Below are positions 37,978-48,006 of a stretch of DNA of 64,000 nucleotides, one piece after another. The stretch spans positions 351,961 through 415,960 of the forward strand of contig JBFWNL010000002.1 of the NCBI GenBank assembly GCA_050251055.1. The letters run 5' to 3'. A program made the translations under genes and the position numbers. Below the pieces are notes generated by a model that saw only the letters and a program-made list of their open reading frames with translations, was not told the origin of the DNA and did not search any database. Position 1 is the stretch's first letter, and every line of letters begins with the position of its first letter. This DNA is from Bacteriovoracia bacterium. GTDB taxonomy: Bacteria > Bdellovibrionota > UBA1018 > JBFWNL01.

Positions 37978-39270
37978 ATGGCGTGGGAATCTTACAAAGA
38001 GAAAGTCAAACACCTCTCCGTCCGCATCGTAAACGCCCAGCGCCCCATTCGCATCCTCGATTCGATTAAATGGGATCCGACCGTGGAGGCCGCCTTCAAG
38101 GCCTCCAAAGGCAAGGAGCTCCCGGAAATCGACGCCGACTATTACTCCCGCATGTCGCCGGGATTCGACCTCCAAAAGAAGAACGACGAATTCAACGAGA
38201 TACTCACGGACATCCGCACCGTGCTTGGCCCCGAGGACGAAATCGGCAAGCTCCTCACGAAAATCACCGAGCAATACCTATTAGTGACAAAGCTGATCGA
38301 GAGCCGGGGTAAGCGCGCGTTTTGGGAGTACAGCAAGCAGCTTTACGGATCGCCGAAAGATACCTTTCCGGAAGACACCAACACCATCATCTCGCTGGGC
38401 AACCTGCTCTACTCCATCCTGACCAAGGTCAAGGATGAACGGCTGGGCCCCACCTATCCCAAGAACCTCAACGCCGAAGACGTCGTGAAGGCGCTTTCCG
38501 CCAATCTGGGCGCGTACTTCGCGCAGGATCCGCTCACCGTAAAAATTTCCGACGGTATCGTGGCCGACGCCTCGGCCGGTGGCGACAGCATCAAGATCCG
38601 CAAGGAAGCGAGCTTTTCATCCCGTGACATCTCGATCTTGGAGGTACACGAGGGCTGGGTCCACATCGGCACGACGCTGAACGGCCGCCACCAACACGTG
38701 GCGACCTGGCTGTCGGTGGGTCCGCCGCGTGTCACCTCGGTGCAGGAAGGCCTTGCCGTACTGATGGAAATCATCACCTTCAATTCGTATCCGAGGCGCG
38801 CCCGGCGCATCAACGACCGCCTGCTCGCCGTCGACAAGGCCGAGGACGGCGCGAACTTTCTCGATATTTACGACTTCTTCCAAACCGAGGGCTACCCCGA
38901 GAACGAGTGCTACGTGAACACGATGCGAATTTTCCGTGGCGGCGTGGTAGGCGGCGGGGCGCCTTTCACGAAGGATATCTCTTATTGCAAAGGTTTCGTG
39001 GAGGACTACAATTTCATCCGCGCCGCGATTCGCGCGGGGAAACCGGAGATTCTGCCCTTCCTGTTCGTCGGAAAACTGCACGTCGACGACATCCCGCTGC
39101 TGTACCAAAGATACCAGGAAGGCATCATCGACTTCCCCACCTACCTGCCCCCGCAATTTCGTGACCTCAACGGGCTCTTCGTTTGGATGAGCTTCTCGAG
39201 CTTCTTCAACCGGGTCGATCTCCAGCGCATTCAGAGCCGCTTCGATCGGCTCTTCAAGCAATATTTGTAG
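37978..39270 (+). CDS. DUF1704 / QEGLA-motif protein (flavohemoglobin expression-modulating family)
   Basis: Contains the family-defining SVQEGLAVLMEI (QEGLA) motif and HEGWVHIGTT. Start chosen at MAWESY (37978). Confidence 0.6.
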   Translation: MAWESYKEKVKHLSVRIVNAQRPIRILDSIKWDPTVEAAFKASKGKELPEIDADYYSRMSPGFDLQKKNDEFNEILTDIRTVLGPEDEIGKLLTKITEQYLLVTKLIESRGKRAFWEYSKQLYGSPKDTFPEDTNTIISLGNLLYSILTKVKDERLGPTYPKNLNAEDVVKALSANLGAYFAQDPLTVKISDGIVADASAGGDSIKIRKEASFSSRDISILEVHEGWVHIGTTLNGRHQHVATWLSVGPPRVTSVQEGLAVLMEIITFNSYPRRARRINDRLLAVDKAEDGANFLDIYDFFQTEGYPENECYVNTMRIFRGGVVGGGAPFTKDISYCKGFVEDYNFIRAAIRAGKPEILPFLFVGKLHVDDIPLLYQRYQEGIIDFPTYLPPQFRDLNGLFVWMSFSSFFNRVDLQRIQSRFDRLFKQYL

Positions 39271-39274
39271 GCGC

Positions 39275-42200
39275 CTACGGAACGGACACGGAAATCGTCA
39301 TCCCCGTGCTATTGTTCCAATAGCTCCCGCTGGCTGACACCGTCTTCACCAACGCCCGTACCTGATAGCGATAACTGCCGGCGACGACCGCTGACTGCAC
39401 ATATGACGTCGCGATGGTCTGGCCGATACGCTGAAAGGCGCCGCCGGACGCGGAAGCCCGGTAGACGTGATAGATCACGCCCGCCGCTGCCGATGGCTCC
39501 CAGCTCAAGGTGACTGTACGAGCCCCCGTGGAACCGCTGACCGCCGCTGCGACCCCGGAAGGGCCCGGGACCATTTGGGTGCGAAGGGTCGGATCACCCA
39601 TCAATGGAACCGCAAAGGGAGCGGAGTCCAGGCTGGGGCAAGCCAATGTGCCCTCATAGAGTGGAGGAGTCGCCGAAAAACAGTATCCCGACGAAGGAGA
39701 AGCAGCCGCCCAGCTGTTGTTAATCGAGCGAAGCGAAGCATAGCCGAGATTGAAACCCATCGGCAGGTGTTGGCCAAAAAAATTCACCAGTCGTCCCTGA
39801 GTGGAAGCCAGACCGTAGCCTTCGGCGGCCAGAGGCGCGCGGAGGAAGTTCTCCTGTACGTCCCAGTCGCCGAAATAGCTACCAATCAAGGTATAAAACA
39901 CGCCGTACGTAGATTGCGATGCATACTCGTCGGTGCTAGCACCGTTGAATCCTTGGAAAGCCCCGGCCCCCGCTCCATGCACCCATAGGTACGGAGATTG
40001 GTTCAGCACCGGCACCAATCCACGCTGGGTTGGCGGCAGGGAGTATATATTCGCGGGGCCTACGGCGGGGCTCGCATTTCGCCAACCGTCGGTCGCCGGC
40101 CAGTTTTCGTAGGCTCCCAACCGATCGGAGATCAGCGCCCGTGAAGGCACCTGGAAGGTCGCTATTCGGTAGGCGTGGTTTTTATCGAGATAGCGTCGCA
40201 GCAAGCGGATCTCGAGCTGGGCGTCGGTTTCGCCGGCGCGCCGGAACGCCAGGCCCTGGCTCTCTGGCCGAGCCATGTTCGACAGATCCACCCGCCCGAC
40301 CTGAAGCTGGGCGCGAAAGCCGGGAATTTCGTTCTGATCGAACTTGCCGTCTCCCGGTACGTTCCGCAGCCGATCCGGAACCGGCGGAGGCAGCGTCACC
40401 ACGGTTGACTGATTCGCTTGGCAATCCGTCCAAGCGCGTTCGCGCACGTAAGTATAAACACTCATGCCGGCGGGAATTTGCGCACAATTCAAATCGACGG
40501 GCTTGAGCATTTCGCCATAAAACCAATCCGAAGGATGGGCGCCGTAAGTGTCGTGCGTGATTGGCTTGGTACCGGCGTAAGGAACCGGAACCCGGCCCAG
40601 CAGGAAAACCGCTTTCGTATTGATCGTGTCTTGCTGATACGCCCTCTGGATGGCGGCACGCACTCGCACGACCTGGCGGCCGCAATGACTTTGACCAGCG
40701 ATCGTTTCGCAGCTGTCGGGATTCCCGTCGACGTGGCGATCGACATCGAGGCGCACGACTTGCCAGCCGTCACCCTCTACGTCCGCAGTAAGTCGGGCGA
40801 TCTCGGGGCCTAGGATCGGCGCCAACGTTCGCTCCACCACGAGAACAAGCTTGCCGCGCGAATCCACGCGTGGAAGCTCAATTCCCGTATAGAGGTAACC
40901 GCGCCGGACGATGCCGGTCCCCGATGGATTGCGGCCGATCACGGCGTATTCGTAGCCTTGTCCCACGGTGATCCCGGTATCCACGAATCCCACCGCGGAT
41001 TGATATTCTGGAAAGAAAGGATCCGCGTGCATGATCCACTGGGGTTGGGATATGGGCGTCCATTGTGCGTCGTTCAGGCTTTTGCGGTAAACCTGGTACT
41101 GATTACTGCGGCTCATTTGTGGCCACTTCACGGTGATCCGTGCCGGCGAGGCGCTCACCTCGGCCTCCAGTTGCACGGTCGTGTCGACGGCGTGGGCGTC
41201 TTCGTGCGCGTCGATGTAGAAAGCGGGCAAGACCGCTTCCGTGACCCGGCCCGACGGTTCGCGTAACTGTACGCTCAACCGATGAACGGAGGTAAACCAT
41301 GCACCGACGACTTGCCGAGACGTGCCGATTTCCGCCCGAACATTACTGAAACTGAGCACGCGATCACGTGAACCCCGGACGTGTTCGCCAATGGGAGGAA
41401 CCGACTCATCCACGAGCAGGCGTCCGTCCAAGTACCATTGGTAAGTTAACCCGACCGGAACGGGAGCGTCGATCGCGACCTCGAAAAAAGCGTTCTGGTG
41501 CCGGTGAAAAGTAATCGCTCCGCCCACCGGGGGTTCAGGGTATAGCCTTACTGGCAGACCGCTCGAAGCTTCCGGCGTGACCTGCACCTGCGCGGTCTGG
41601 GTGTCAACCGACCGGCTGTCGATCCCGACCCGCACGCTGTATTCGCCGGCATCCGAGAACTCGACCGATTCGACTGTCAACGTGCTGGAGTCAAATTCAC
41701 GGGTGATGCCCACGCGCTCGCTCGCCATGAGAGGGGCTCCGTCCTTCAGCCACTGCACCGGGGTACCGGCGACGGCGTAGAATCTCGCGCTCAAAGTCAG
41801 CCGTGCCCCTGCCACCAGGGTCACTCCCGCAGGCGCCTCCGCTATACGGGGGCTGAGCTCCGCCACGGCCGGCGCCCGCCCCCAGTTACCGAGAAGAATG
41901 GGAAGGTCACGCGAGTCCACGCGTCCATCGCCGTTGAGATCGGCCGCGCCCCCGGTCGTGCCCCAACTGGCGAGAAAAGTCGCGTTGTCGGTGGCATCCA
42001 CCTGCCCATCGCGGTTAATATCTCCCGGAACCGGCGACACGGTAATCACGGCCGGCGAGCTAGTGGTGGTTCCGTGAGCGTTCGAAACCACCGCCTCGTA
42101 GCTACCCGCGAAGTCCGGATGACCGAAGAGAACGAGCTCTGGTCCAGCTTCACCCACCAGTGGCAGACCGTTGCGACGCCAGGCCACGCTCGCGCTAGAC

Positions 42201-42430
42201 TCAGAATCGAAATCTACGTGTAGGCGCTCGACCCCTCCCAAAAAAACCGTGCGGGAAAATGGAGAAGCCGTGATGACCGGAGCCCCGGCGACGGAAGCAA
42301 TGGAGCCCAGGTTTTGCTCGACCCAAGCGGATTGCGCTTCACGCGCCGAAGGCCGGGCTCCCAAATCCAAGCAACCCGTTTGTGCAATTAAAGACAAACT
42401 CACTAGTGAACGTACCGCGAATAACCGCAT
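39275..42430 (-). CDS. Large secreted multidomain protein (Ig-like/FN3-like modules plus one dockerin-like repeat pair)
   Basis: Signal peptide and lipobox-like LIAQTGC. GDINRDGQVDATDNATFLASWGTT...DLNGDGRVDSRDLPILLGNWG dockerin-type double Ca-binding repeat. >1000 aa of beta-rich domains. Confidence 0.6.
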   Translation of the reverse strand: MRLFAVRSLVSLSLIAQTGCLDLGARPSAREAQSAWVEQNLGSIASVAGAPVITASPFSRTVFLGGVERLHVDFDSESSASVAWRRNGLPLVGEAGPELVLFGHPDFAGSYEAVVSNAHGTTTSSPAVITVSPVPGDINRDGQVDATDNATFLASWGTTGGAADLNGDGRVDSRDLPILLGNWGRAPAVAELSPRIAEAPAGVTLVAGARLTLSARFYAVAGTPVQWLKDGAPLMASERVGITREFDSSTLTVESVEFSDAGEYSVRVGIDSRSVDTQTAQVQVTPEASSGLPVRLYPEPPVGGAITFHRHQNAFFEVAIDAPVPVGLTYQWYLDGRLLVDESVPPIGEHVRGSRDRVLSFSNVRAEIGTSRQVVGAWFTSVHRLSVQLREPSGRVTEAVLPAFYIDAHEDAHAVDTTVQLEAEVSASPARITVKWPQMSRSNQYQVYRKSLNDAQWTPISQPQWIMHADPFFPEYQSAVGFVDTGITVGQGYEYAVIGRNPSGTGIVRRGYLYTGIELPRVDSRGKLVLVVERTLAPILGPEIARLTADVEGDGWQVVRLDVDRHVDGNPDSCETIAGQSHCGRQVVRVRAAIQRAYQQDTINTKAVFLLGRVPVPYAGTKPITHDTYGAHPSDWFYGEMLKPVDLNCAQIPAGMSVYTYVRERAWTDCQANQSTVVTLPPPVPDRLRNVPGDGKFDQNEIPGFRAQLQVGRVDLSNMARPESQGLAFRRAGETDAQLEIRLLRRYLDKNHAYRIATFQVPSRALISDRLGAYENWPATDGWRNASPAVGPANIYSLPPTQRGLVPVLNQSPYLWVHGAGAGAFQGFNGASTDEYASQSTYGVFYTLIGSYFGDWDVQENFLRAPLAAEGYGLASTQGRLVNFFGQHLPMGFNLGYASLRSINNSWAAASPSSGYCFSATPPLYEGTLACPSLDSAPFAVPLMGDPTLRTQMVPGPSGVAAAVSGSTGARTVTLSWEPSAAAGVIYHVYRASASGGAFQRIGQTIATSYVQSAVVAGSYRYQVRALVKTVSASGSYWNNSTGMTISVSVP

Positions 42431-42540
42431 GTGATTCCCCCGTTTTGACTTAAAACCACCCGAGACTCCATCATCGGAAATTTTTGGTCGGCGGCGGATG
42501 TGTCAAACGGGATGAGGGAGTTATATGTATTCCGGCGTAT

Positions 42541-43650
42541 TCAAGGCAGCGGCTGGAGCACGTAGTTCCCGCCCAAGGTCGCTACGCTGCCGTTGGTTTC
42601 GATCGTACCGGTTTCGGTCAATACCCCATTCCCGGACACCGAGTAGGAACGGATCTTCTGCAGGGCGGGTTCGCTAATATAGAGAAATTTACCGCTCCTT
42701 GATAAAGCTAACACCCGATCCGGCCGCGAAGTAAGGGGCACCGTCTGGACGATTGTCGGTGCATAGGTCGTGGAATCGAAGGTGATCGCGTAGAGAGAAG
42801 CATCTTCGTCGACCGAGAAAAGAATGCCGTCGGCGCCAAACGCTCCACTCTGAAGGCCTAGGTCCGCAGTAGAAGAAACCAATCGGATGGTTTCCGAAGC
42901 ATAATCGATCGCGTAAACCTGCGTGGCCGGGACGCCCCCGTTTAAACGCACGACCAAGAAGCTCTCGTCATGCGCCATGAAGAGCGCTGAAATGCCCGCC
43001 GTGGCGGTGATCGTGGATGTAATGGATAAAGCCGGCGCGGAAGCATCGACCCGAACCATATGAAGCGAGGCGGGAGTGCCGACGACGACGAACGCGTAAC
43101 GGCCCCGCTGGGAATAGGCGGAGAGTGCGCTCGCGCCCTGGCCACCCAAGTCACCTGTGTACGCCAGTAGCGTATTGCTTGATCCGTCCGCCGCGATCTC
43201 CGAGAGATAGAGGTAAGAAGCCAAACCGGCGCCCAGCAAAGAAATGACTTTAGAGGTATCGGGAATCCAGTAGGCTCCCCGCCAACGGTGGGTGCCGTTC
43301 CCAAGGCTTTCACTGAAGACCGATTGCAGGCTCGCGGTCGCCGGGGTGAGCTGAAAAATAGTGGTAGTCGCGGCCGGACCCACGGCCCAGCCGAACGTGC
43401 CGGTGGAATCGAAAACCAGTTGGCTATTTCCGGTTCCGGTCGACGTTCCGGCGAGCGTCAACGCCCCCGATGACGGATCGATCGTGAAAACTCGATGTAG
43501 GTAGGCACCGGAGCTCAACACCGCAGCAATCAAGAACTCCTTCGCCAGTACTGGACGTTGGAAATTTGCCGAGCACCCGCTGACTAAAACCAGCAGTGCA
43601 CCGCCGAATCCTTGGATCAGTCGAACCCGTGAAGAAAAGTAGGTCCCCAT
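42541..43650 (-). CDS. Lipoprotein, 7-bladed beta-propeller (lactonase-like) fold
   Basis: Lipobox LVSGC. Repeated ~45-aa blade-like segments. Start chosen at M16 (43650) to avoid overlap with the upstream gene; the track start is 43695. Confidence 0.5.
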   Translation of the reverse strand: MGTYFSSRVRLIQGFGGALLVLVSGCSANFQRPVLAKEFLIAAVLSSGAYLHRVFTIDPSSGALTLAGTSTGTGNSQLVFDSTGTFGWAVGPAATTTIFQLTPATASLQSVFSESLGNGTHRWRGAYWIPDTSKVISLLGAGLASYLYLSEIAADGSSNTLLAYTGDLGGQGASALSAYSQRGRYAFVVVGTPASLHMVRVDASAPALSITSTITATAGISALFMAHDESFLVVRLNGGVPATQVYAIDYASETIRLVSSTADLGLQSGAFGADGILFSVDEDASLYAITFDSTTYAPTIVQTVPLTSRPDRVLALSRSGKFLYISEPALQKIRSYSVSGNGVLTETGTIETNGSVATLGGNYVLQPLP

Positions 43651-43676
43651 AGAGTATCGAAAGCATACGCCAAGTG

Positions 43677-45365
43677 TCATGACCGTGGAACGCAAATCGC
43701 CGTTGCTCTGGGTGGAGTGTCACAAGCACCTACCGCGTGTACATAAATCTCCCATAGTGCGCCGGCGGAAGTTCCGTTCGGCTTCACGAATCCCCAGGCT
43801 CCGGTGTCACATCCTCCCGTATGCATCCCGTTCAAAGTGCAACTATAGTTCGCCAAAGTCATTCCGGAGAGCGTGCAGGTAGTGCCGCCTGGAGTGGACG
43901 TAGTGTCCGTGCAGGTGTGCTCCGCCCAGGTGATGTTCGGAGTTGGCTGGACCGGTCGGCACTTAGGGCGGGTCAGACCACTCGTACCATCCAGCCCTTC
44001 CATCACCTGTCCGGCCGGGCACACGTAATGGAGCGGTACAAAATAAGAATGGCCGTTATTATCTTTTGTAAGGAATTTTTCAGAAGGCACGGGCGTATTC
44101 GATCCCACCGGTGATTTAAAATTAAATCCCGTATTGAAAACACAACCTGCTGGGGTCGACAAGTATCCCGGTTGCCCCACCCGACATTGCCCGCCACCGT
44201 GAGCCGGGACTTCGACCGAGTCTGCGACTAGTTTCTGACTAACGGTAACGTTGCCTTGAATGGAAACTCCACGAAAGTTACCGATGCCGAGATTTGTGAT
44301 CCCCCAGCTATAACCGCCACCAGAGTAGTAGCCGCCTCGTAGATTGCCGCCAATACTTAAACCTTGATCGTCGACATTGTAAGCCGTACCCGGACCCACG
44401 TTGGTTCCTGCGCTCGCGATGGCAAGCCTCGGAAAGACGCACCCCACGCCGGTTTGCCAGCTCCCGGTCAAAGCCTGGCAAACCGCTTCCCCGTCGGGAG
44501 CACCCGGCGCGCTCGGGGGCACCCCGGCCGGTGAGCGGCCAGAGAAAAGCTCGCAACCGGTAATCTGGCTACCGTTGGTTTGGACGGAAAGCAGGAACTC
44601 GTCTTGATACTCGGAGCCCCCCAGCGCGGCGAGATGACGCCCGGACGGATCCCCGGCGGCCGCCATTTGAAAGCGCGAAATGAACTCGTTCGTGGCTCCG
44701 GGTACTGGCACCGCATCGGCTAATCGCAACGTGGTTAGAACCAAGCCCGGCGTAAGCGGCCGTCCCCGACGAACGCTCACAGACCCGACTCGAAGCTCCT
44801 CGAAATCCACGGGGGAAAATGTTCCGCCACCTCCTCCCGAACTGCCGGATCCGGACGACGTTCCTCCCGGGCTCGTCGGCACGCGATTCCAGTTTCCTAG
44901 TAAGACCGCGAGGTCAGGGGATCCGACTCGCCCATCGTGATTCAAGTCGGCCGGAAGCGAAGGGCCGGTCGCGTTCCAAGCGCCGAGCATTAGGGCAAGA
45001 TCTGGAGAGCCGACTAACCCGTCGCCGTTGATGTCGCCTTCGGCAGCTGTTCCCGGTACGGGAGGAGCCGTCCCGGAAGCGCCTGCGAAAGATGTACCGC
45101 CTAAATTGGCCGTACAAGCTTTAGCTAGGATGAGTTTTACTGAGTTCGCGGTGTCCTGGAACTCCGCCACCTGGGTGACCTTCTTCGATCCGCGCAGGCT
45201 CTGGGTGGTGATCTGGGTTTGGGTGGCAAGCAAGATTCCCATCAAGCCCATCGCAACCAGCACCGAGATCAAGGATTGGCCATTGGACGAAAAGAAATTA
45301 GACTTCAATTTTTCCCCCGTAGAAACGAAAAAGCAAGGCGGCACGGAGCGAGGATTCTGGGGCAT
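43677..45365 (-). CDS. Pilin-like N-terminal helix fused to dockerin-like repeats and a large Gly/Ser-rich beta domain
   Basis: N-terminus NGQSLISVLVAMGLMGILLA resembles a type IV pilin/pseudopilin hydrophobic helix (Q and S replace F1 and E5). GDINGDGLVGSPDLALMLGAWN...DLNHDGRVGSPDLAVLLGNWN dockerin-type repeats. Confidence 0.5.
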   Translation of the reverse strand: MPQNPRSVPPCFFVSTGEKLKSNFFSSNGQSLISVLVAMGLMGILLATQTQITTQSLRGSKKVTQVAEFQDTANSVKLILAKACTANLGGTSFAGASGTAPPVPGTAAEGDINGDGLVGSPDLALMLGAWNATGPSLPADLNHDGRVGSPDLAVLLGNWNRVPTSPGGTSSGSGSSGGGGGTFSPVDFEELRVGSVSVRRGRPLTPGLVLTTLRLADAVPVPGATNEFISRFQMAAAGDPSGRHLAALGGSEYQDEFLLSVQTNGSQITGCELFSGRSPAGVPPSAPGAPDGEAVCQALTGSWQTGVGCVFPRLAIASAGTNVGPGTAYNVDDQGLSIGGNLRGGYYSGGGYSWGITNLGIGNFRGVSIQGNVTVSQKLVADSVEVPAHGGGQCRVGQPGYLSTPAGCVFNTGFNFKSPVGSNTPVPSEKFLTKDNNGHSYFVPLHYVCPAGQVMEGLDGTSGLTRPKCRPVQPTPNITWAEHTCTDTTSTPGGTTCTLSGMTLANYSCTLNGMHTGGCDTGAWGFVKPNGTSAGALWEIYVHAVGACDTPPRATAICVPRS

Positions 45366-45517
45366 ATCCCGGGGGCCTCCGGGATCAAAGGAACGTCCGC
45401 ACCGCCCTGCTCTTTCTTCTCCTACTAACTTGCTACGATTCGTTTCCCTTTTCGATTATTTCTGATCAAAAAAATCCACTTTTGTATTCCTACGTATTCC
45501 ACGTCCATTTTCCCTAT

Positions 45518-45748
45518 TCAAACCGGGTCGTTCCGTACAAAATAGCTGAGGCATTGAGCCGTGTCCGTAATTCTCGGAGCTTCCGGAAGCAATGCCTCCA
45601 ATATCGCCGCGATTTCCTTGACCGGAGTTTCCTCAAACTCAGATGACCCGTTTTCGGCGCGGCTGGTGGTGGCCACCCATACCACCAGCCAACTGCAGAC
45701 CGCTATCCGCCTCAATCTATGTCGACTCATGCTAGATCTTTCTTTCAT
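45518..45748 (-). CDS. Possible small secreted protein (76 aa)
   Basis: ORF with basic N-region plus hydrophobic stretch. Lies inside the GTATTCC repeat region. An alternative plus-strand ORF (45561-45752) covers the same DNA. Confidence 0.2.
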   Translation of the reverse strand: MKERSSMSRHRLRRIAVCSWLVVWVATTSRAENGSSEFEETPVKEIAAILEALLPEAPRITDTAQCLSYFVRNDPV

Positions 45749-45834
45749 TTAACTACCTTTATCTCAGATAACCGCGGCTATACTTACGATCAGCTAGGTC
45801 GCGGACTCGTCTCGAAACGTGACTTCTATTCCTT

Positions 45835-46209
45835 TCACCACCAGTGACAGTGGTAGGTATGCGCGGGCTGGACCTCGCACCCATATGCGCGCGCCATACA
45901 AAACGTGTGTCGAAGTATCAAACGCAGGTTGATACAGGCGTTGGGATTGACTTGGTACTCCGTCAAGTCGAGGCAATTATTGAACTCGCAAAACCCAGCT
46001 TGCGCTTCCAATGCGGCCTCGATGGCCTCACAGTTTGTTGTCCAATCCGGCGTGAAGTCCCGACATAGTCCATCCTCCTGATCTGCGAAAGGATCCATGA
46101 ACTGTTCGGGCTCGGGGGGGCCTACAAAACCGGGATCTGGATCTCCCGCCGCCGAGTGGGCCACCAAAAAAACGATTAGCGCCAAGAACAATGCACGAAC
46201 TCGGTTCAT
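45835..46209 (-). CDS. Small secreted cysteine-rich protein (8 Cys, 124 aa)
   Basis: Signal peptide MNRVRALFLALIVFLVAHSAAG. Acidic mature region with 8 cysteines. Ends ...HCHWW. Confidence 0.5.
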   Translation of the reverse strand: MNRVRALFLALIVFLVAHSAAGDPDPGFVGPPEPEQFMDPFADQEDGLCRDFTPDWTTNCEAIEAALEAQAGFCEFNNCLDLTEYQVNPNACINLRLILRHTFCMARAYGCEVQPAHTYHCHWW

Positions 46210-46456
46210 CTCGCCTCCTCCTTCATGAGTGATTCACAAAACGATAAGGCCCGGGGAGAGAAAAATCCTTCAACTTGCCAGGGCTACGGACGTATCCGTA
46301 TTCGGCGGTATTCCAAACGACGACGAGCGCCTGTATTCCGAAACCCGACGGAAAACCCCCCCTCAATACAACGACTTGGCAGGGGAAATCCCCGCTGGAA
46401 TACAGGCCAAATTCGACACATTCCGCACACCCCTTTGTTTCTGGTAACTTAGGCAT

Positions 46457-47341
46457 ATGACCACTCGTAGTACGTTAGAGCGGCCATGCATCTTTGAATA
46501 CAACGACTACCGCCGCTACTTGAAGGACTTCTACGCCCATAAAAAGAGCCAGAAAGGCGCGGGGTTTTCCTTTCGCTCGCTCGCGAAAGCCGCGGGCTAT
46601 AGCTCGCCGAACTTCTTCAAGCTCGTGATGGACGGACAGCGTAATATGTCCGACGAGAGCATCACCCGCATCGCGCTGGTGCTCAAACTCAGCAAGCAAG
46701 AAGCCGTATTTTTCTTTAGCCTAGTTCACATGAACCAGGCGCAGACGAGCGAGGAGCGCGAGCGTTTCGCGGCGGAACTGATGAACAGTGCCGGATTCCG
46801 CAAGATCCACCCGCTCAAGGAGGCCCAATATAACTTTTACGCGAAGTGGTACATCGCCCCGATCCGTGAGCTCATCGCCACGGCTGACTTCCAAGAAGAC
46901 CCGGAATGGATCGCGAAGCAGATGACCCCGCCGATCACCGCGCGGGAGGCGAAAGTCGCGCTCGACGAGCTCCAAACCCTGGGTATGGTCCGCCGTGACG
47001 AGTCCGGCCGGTTGCTCCAGGTGAACAACCTCGTGAACACGTCGGACGAAGTGATGTCGACTTCCTTGAGCCGCTACCACAAACAAATGATCCGCCTAGC
47101 CGGCGAATCGATCGACCGTTTTTCCCGCTACGAGCGGGAGATTTCCAGCGCGACTCTGTCCGTTTCCGAGGATTGCGCTAAGAAGGTGAAACAGCTCATC
47201 CAAGAGTTTCGCGAACAGATCTTGCAGCTCGCCGCCGAGGACACCTCGACTTGCGAGCGGGTGTACCAAGTCAACTTCCAGTTGTTTCCCATGTCCGGGA
47301 AACCAGGGGGAACCGGGGGGACGAGCAATGGAGCCGTTTGA
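46457..47341 (+). CDS. Putative DNA-binding protein with XRE-like HTH (TIGR02147-like family)
   Basis: FSFRSLAKAAGYSSPNFFKLVMDGQRNMS fits a helix-turn-helix. Family-typical N-terminus YNDYRRYLKDFY. Family name recalled from memory, not searched. Confidence 0.5.
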   Translation: MTTRSTLERPCIFEYNDYRRYLKDFYAHKKSQKGAGFSFRSLAKAAGYSSPNFFKLVMDGQRNMSDESITRIALVLKLSKQEAVFFFSLVHMNQAQTSEERERFAAELMNSAGFRKIHPLKEAQYNFYAKWYIAPIRELIATADFQEDPEWIAKQMTPPITAREAKVALDELQTLGMVRRDESGRLLQVNNLVNTSDEVMSTSLSRYHKQMIRLAGESIDRFSRYEREISSATLSVSEDCAKKVKQLIQEFREQILQLAAEDTSTCERVYQVNFQLFPMSGKPGGTGGTSNGAV

Positions 47342-47894
47342 TTCACGCTTTTTCCGCGGCAGCGCGGTACTGACCTTGCTGATCACATCCGCTTGCTCCG
47401 TGGGAGGTGGCGGCGGCGGAACTTCCGCCAGCAGCGCCGACTTCGGCGGTTCCGGCGCCGGAAACCCTATTACATTTTCTGAAAACTTCGCCGTGCGGCT
47501 CTGTGAAAGCACCGCCGGGATCCCGATTGATGGCTTGGACGCCCGCGACTGTGCTAACTCGGCGATGGACCATGTCGACATCACGCCCGCCTTGGGATTG
47601 CCCACGGTCATCGACACCCTTCGCCTCGCTAAACGGCTCGAGCTAGAAGGACGCTTGCGGCCCGGTCCCGACGCCGGAGCTTGCTTGGCTCAGATGAGCG
47701 GAGAGAGTTTCTGCAACATCGACATCGCGGTCGAAAGTTCCGGTGGCGGCGCGTACTCGTCGAACAGCTTCGAGCTGCCGGTGGAAACTCCCGTCGTGTC
47801 CTGCTACATCCCTCCGGTATGCCGGCAGGTCTTCAAACGGGTTCGCGGAATGGATTCCATCGACGCGCTCACGCCTCCTGCCTTATCGCCTTAG
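47328..47894 (+). CDS. Putative cysteine-rich lipoprotein
   Basis: Signal peptide with LITSAC, followed by a Gly-rich linker. 8 cysteines. Confidence 0.45.
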   Translation: MEPFDSRFFRGSAVLTLLITSACSVGGGGGGTSASSADFGGSGAGNPITFSENFAVRLCESTAGIPIDGLDARDCANSAMDHVDITPALGLPTVIDTLRLAKRLELEGRLRPGPDAGACLAQMSGESFCNIDIAVESSGGGAYSSNSFELPVETPVVSCYIPPVCRQVFKRVRGMDSIDALTPPALSP

Positions 47895-48006
47895 TAGTTT
47901 CGGACAGGATACGCCGGAATACGTTTCCCATTCGCGCGCGATCGGCATCGTTGAGCCAAAGCCAAAAACCGCGCATCCTACCTAAGATAGCATCAAGGGG
48001 GGATTC

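Noticed and set aside
47920-47960. Sigma-54 promoter (GGcatcgttgaGC) upstream of the giant gene
   Set aside because: Spacing between GG and GC is 9 nt rather than 10, and the TGGCAC/TTGCA flanks do not match.
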